Virus record (IMG/VR): IMGVR_UViG_3300026488_000021
Span: 18,023-82,022 of that record
Direction: 5' to 3' (one strand)
Length of the DNA stretch: 64,000 nt
Origin: a virus
A program made the position numbers and the translations under genes. The notes below the pieces were generated by a model. The model was not told the origin of the DNA, ran no database searches, and was given only the letters and a program-made list of their open reading frames with translations. Each line of letters opens with the position of its first letter. The stretch's first letter is position 1. Positions 60,664 through 64,000 of the stretch are shown here, in pieces.

Positions 60664-62385
60664 ATGACAATACAATACATAAACGAAGCTGATATAGTAA
60701 GAACTACTTGAAGAAATAAAATAAATTCAAATTTCATTGATTTAGATAATAGTAAGGCTGAAAAGAATTTGTCAAATGTTGATGATAGTATAATTTTAGA
60801 AAAATTAAAAAATGTTGATTGAGATGGAAGTTGACTTGATGCTGATTTATTAGACTGATTTGATAGTAATGATTTTGAAAAAGTAGTAAATAAAGTTTCT
60901 TCTTGGCAAACTACACCAGATGATATTCATTATCCATCTGAAAAACTAGTTAAGGATAGTTTAGATTTAAAAGCAGATGACAACGAAGTAGTTCATTTGA
61001 CTTGAACTGAAACTATAACAGGTAGAAAAACATTTAACAATGATGTAGATATAAATTGAGATGTAAATATTGATTGAAATGTAAATATAAAATGAAATCT
61101 TAATTATGTAGATACAGAAAATTTACAAGTAGAAGATAAAGTTATTATTTTAGATAAAGGCTGAAGCAATGCAGATTGAAGCTGATTAGAAGTAGAAGAA
61201 AATTGAAGTATAGTTGCAAGTCTAAAATACAATAAATGAGATAATAGATGGAATGATTGAGTTGATAACCTAGCAAGAGTTGGAGAAATAACAGACTTAG
61301 ACAACAACAAGGCAAATAAAGACTTATCAAATGTAAGTAATACAGATTTCCTTAATAAAATTAAAGCAGTAGATTGAAGTTGAAGTTGAATAGATGCTGA
61401 CTTGTTAGATTGAAAACAAGCTAGTGATTTTGCTTTATCCTCTCATACTCACAATTGGTGAGATATAAGTAAGAGTTGAAGTAAATTGTCTGATATAGAA
61501 GATGTACAAGCTTACACTTGACAAGCTTGAAAATTATTAGCTGTTAAGAATACAGAAGATTGAACTGAATGGGTACCAGTTGAAGCTGTAAGTTGAACTG
61601 ATGAACTTGTAAAAGCAGACAGTTGAGATAGCACAGCTGGTTATTTATCTGACAAGGTTGATTGAAGTACTCTAGAAGTAGATACATCTACCCATAAGAT
61701 TAAAGTAAAAGATTGAGTATTTGCAACTGATAGTAATGTTGTGCATAAAACTTGAGATGAAACTATAAGTTGAGTAAAAACATTTTCTGGTACTATAAAT
61801 TTAACTGGTGAATTTGATTGGCAAGCATCTAAAAACTTTAAATTAAAAGGAAGTTGAGAATGGAGTTTTGACTTCTCAGATGATGATGGGAATGATTATT
61901 TACAGGTACGGGCACCTAATATATGAACTATTTTTGCAGTAAGGAATAATTGAAGACTTTGATTTAAAGTAAGTAATCCTAAAATAAGTTTTGCGTTTTG
62001 AGATAATGATACTGGATTAAATTATGTTAGTGATTGAGAGTTTGATTTTTATTCAAATAATTCTGCAAAATTACAAATTAAACCCTCATATATATGAATA
62101 CAAGTAAAAACAGTCTTATATGATAATCCTATTTATCTAAGGAGTAGTTGAGATGATAATCATATTATTTGATTTGCTAGTTGGATAGATTGACCTGAAA
62201 TTAGATGATGCCAAGGAGTATGAATAGCAAAAAATTGTTGAGGATATACAAGAATAGCACAATTTAAGGGTAATGATATGGAACTTTTACAAAATTGATG
62301 ATGAATTATATTAAGAGACTGAAATTGAAATAGATATAAACTATCTGTAAACTCAAATTGAGAACTTGAATTAAATTCAATTTAG
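60664..62385 (+). CDS. Tail fibre with shared C-terminal motif
   Basis: DGDGSGLDADLLDG twice, VHLTGTETITG.KTF, GDNDTG; C-terminus GGGIILRDGNGNRYKLSVNSNGELELNSI. Confidence 0.85.
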
Positions 62386-62427
62386 ATTTAATCTTTTTAA
62401 AAAACTTTATATTATAAAAAAATAATA

Positions 62428-62577
62428 ATGTACAAAATTGATACTAACTTAATAAATGCTTTATTAGAATATTTAGCAAACAGACCATACAGGGAAGTAT
62501 TTCAATTGATTAATGCTTTACAGAGACTAGAGAAAATAGAAGAAGAAAAAAAAGATTTAAAAACTAAAAGAAAATAA
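62428..62577 (+). CDS. Small fibre-associated protein
   Basis: LEYLANRPYREVFQLI. Confidence 0.55.
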   Translation: MYKIDTNLINALLEYLANRPYREVFQLINALQRLEKIEEEKKDLKTKRK

Positions 62578-63083
62578 TGGCTATAATAACTTGATTGCTT
62601 AATTGAAATAACATCAATAAAGATTGGCAAATTTGAATATTTTGACAATTATTTACTCCTGGTATAATTTATTGATTTGACATAACAGATAATTGAGATT
62701 GAACTTTAACTGTTTGACCTTGACTTGCTTTGGTTGGGGTCAATAGATGAAGTGAGAATATGGACTTTCTAGTTGTTGTTAGAAATTCCGATAATTATAC
62801 ACTTTGAAAAAATGATTGAATATTAGCTATAAAAGTAGATTACACAAAAATCCAGGATGGAGCTTGAAATAGTGAACTTTGAGATAATATAGCAACAATA
62901 GAAATACAACCTACTGAAAATGATTTCAGTCCTAATTTTATAGAGAAATTGACTGAAATAAGTGGTTGAAATGTAAATGATATAAGACAAGAAGTAGGAG
63001 TAAAACTATGGAATAAAGTACAAAATAAATTCTATAAAATAGATATCAATGATGATTGAAACCTTGAAACTAATGAACTTTAA
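62577..63083 (+). CDS. Baseplate/fibre anchor protein with shared C-terminal motif
   Basis: PGIIYGF, LTVGPGLA, DIR; C-terminus FYKIDINDDGNLETNEL. Confidence 0.65.
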
Positions 63084-63100
63084 AATTTAATTAAAAAACT

Positions 63101-63874
63101 ATGGCTTTAAAATGAATAAATGCTAGTGAATATAAAAGAAATTGAGCTGCTGAAATGCAACCTAATTGATTGGTTATACTTAATGATAATTGAGATTTAG
63201 ATTTAAGTTGACATACAATTATTGCAAATATTGTTAATAATGTTACCATTGATTATATTGCAACAGATTATACGACTTGAGATAATAATATAATCATTGC
63301 AAAACCATATTGTTGACCTATCAATATAAATATTGGTAAAAAAAATATTTTTTATACGATTAAAAATCTAGAAAGAAAAGTTGATATTTGGGAATCAAGG
63401 GAAAGCCTGCCATTCGCAACATCTGGTATATTTGGATGTTGCATATGAGATTATATCTATATAGTTGATAAAGATAAGCATACGCTTAGATACGATATAG
63501 AGAATGATACTTGGAAGCAATTATCAGACTCACCAGTATGATATCGGAGAATGGCAGCTTGAAATTATAACAATAAATTAGTAATAGTATCATCGAACAT
63601 ACCAGCAATTTATGACCCTAATACAGATAGTTGGACAACAGGTAGTAGCTGACCACAAACTTGAAGAGTGAGTGGTAATATAATATGACAATACATTTAT
63701 TGTTATTATCATAATAATAAACTCTATAGATACGATATAGAAAATGATACTTGGGAGCAACTATCGGATAAACCTGGTTCTCCTCAAGAAGGTTGTGATG
63801 CAGATGTAGTGAACTGAAAATTATATGTAGTGTGATGATATGACTCAGATTACTCCGAGACCCCAGAAGTATAG
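63101..63874 (+). pseudogene. Kelch-repeat receptor-binding protein, truncated by an insertion
   Basis: YDIENDTW twice, YDPNTDSW, GKLYVVGG; ends abruptly at EV-TAG where EVYD is expected. Confidence 0.7.
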
Positions 63875-64000
63875 AGTCTGTTCCTAAAAAGTGTGTAAGA
63901 AAAAAATATTTAAAAAGCAGGAAAAGTTATAATCTTCCTGCTTTTTTACTTACTTATTTTATAACAATGATAAATAACCCTATTACCAACAAAATAGTAT
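63874..64000 (+). mobile_element. Left end of a probable insertion sequence (IS5-like end)
   Basis: TA|GAGTCTGTTCCTAAA break inside a Kelch blade, a hairpin, and a new ORF start MINNPITNKIV at 63967; transposase lies outside the window. Confidence 0.5.

Noticed and set aside
1434-61330. Antisense track ORFs rich in S/H/Q/F (e.g. 1434, 3273, 8647, 9599, 48705, 61104)
   Set aside because: Shadows of real genes on the opposite strand; TCA/CAT/CAA runs mirror TGA-rich coding.
9069-63200. Diversity-generating retroelement (TR/VR pair from the fibre repeats)
   Set aside because: No reverse transcriptase seen; the repeats are N-terminal, both coding, and the differences are not adenine-specific.
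9069-63200. Invertase shufflon for fibre switching
   Set aside because: The shared repeats are in direct orientation about 54 kb apart and no recombinase gene was recognised.
1-64000. Massive pseudogenisation suggested by the short ORF track
   Set aside because: The interruptions are TGA at Gly positions; genes tile cleanly and keep their catalytic motifs with TGA=Gly.
1-64000. TGA=Trp (table 4)
   Set aside because: Would put Trp in GNHD, Walker A GK and poly-Gly runs; TGA alternates with GGT in paralogous segments.

Overview
Very AT-rich tailed-phage DNA (Caudoviricetes) in a recoded genetic code. TGA is read as Gly throughout, and CGA/CGG probably as Trp. This points to a CPR host, most likely Absconditabacterales (SR1), otherwise Gracilibacteria. 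The supplied standard-code ORF track therefore fragments almost every gene; all coordinates below come from manual re-reading with TGA=Gly. Layout: (1-13077, +) 3' part of a giant virion-type protein, a TerS-like gene, a resolvase, tail-fibre cluster A and a phosphoesterase operon; (13100-33320, -) a structured ncRNA, tRNA-Asp, nucleotide metabolism, primase-helicase, SF2 helicase, Cas4-like exonuclease, MT-A70 methylase, Sak-like annealase and many small early genes; (33320-35220) a non-coding control region with a ~600-nt GC-rich structured leader, a symmetric origin-like element and G-tracts; (35226-47594, +) a podovirus-type module (TerL with an atypical Gly-initiated LAGLIDADG intein, portal, scaffold, major capsid, adaptor, nozzle, ejection protein); (47656-63874, +) fibres, a lysis cassette and a complete siphovirus-type neck and long-tail module with no head genes of its own, ending in a Kelch-repeat gene cut by a probable IS. 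The most striking signal is the short-tail and long-tail machinery behind one head, with both fibre clusters sharing the same terminal 'plug and socket' motifs. Product names rest on motif recognition and synteny, not database searches.
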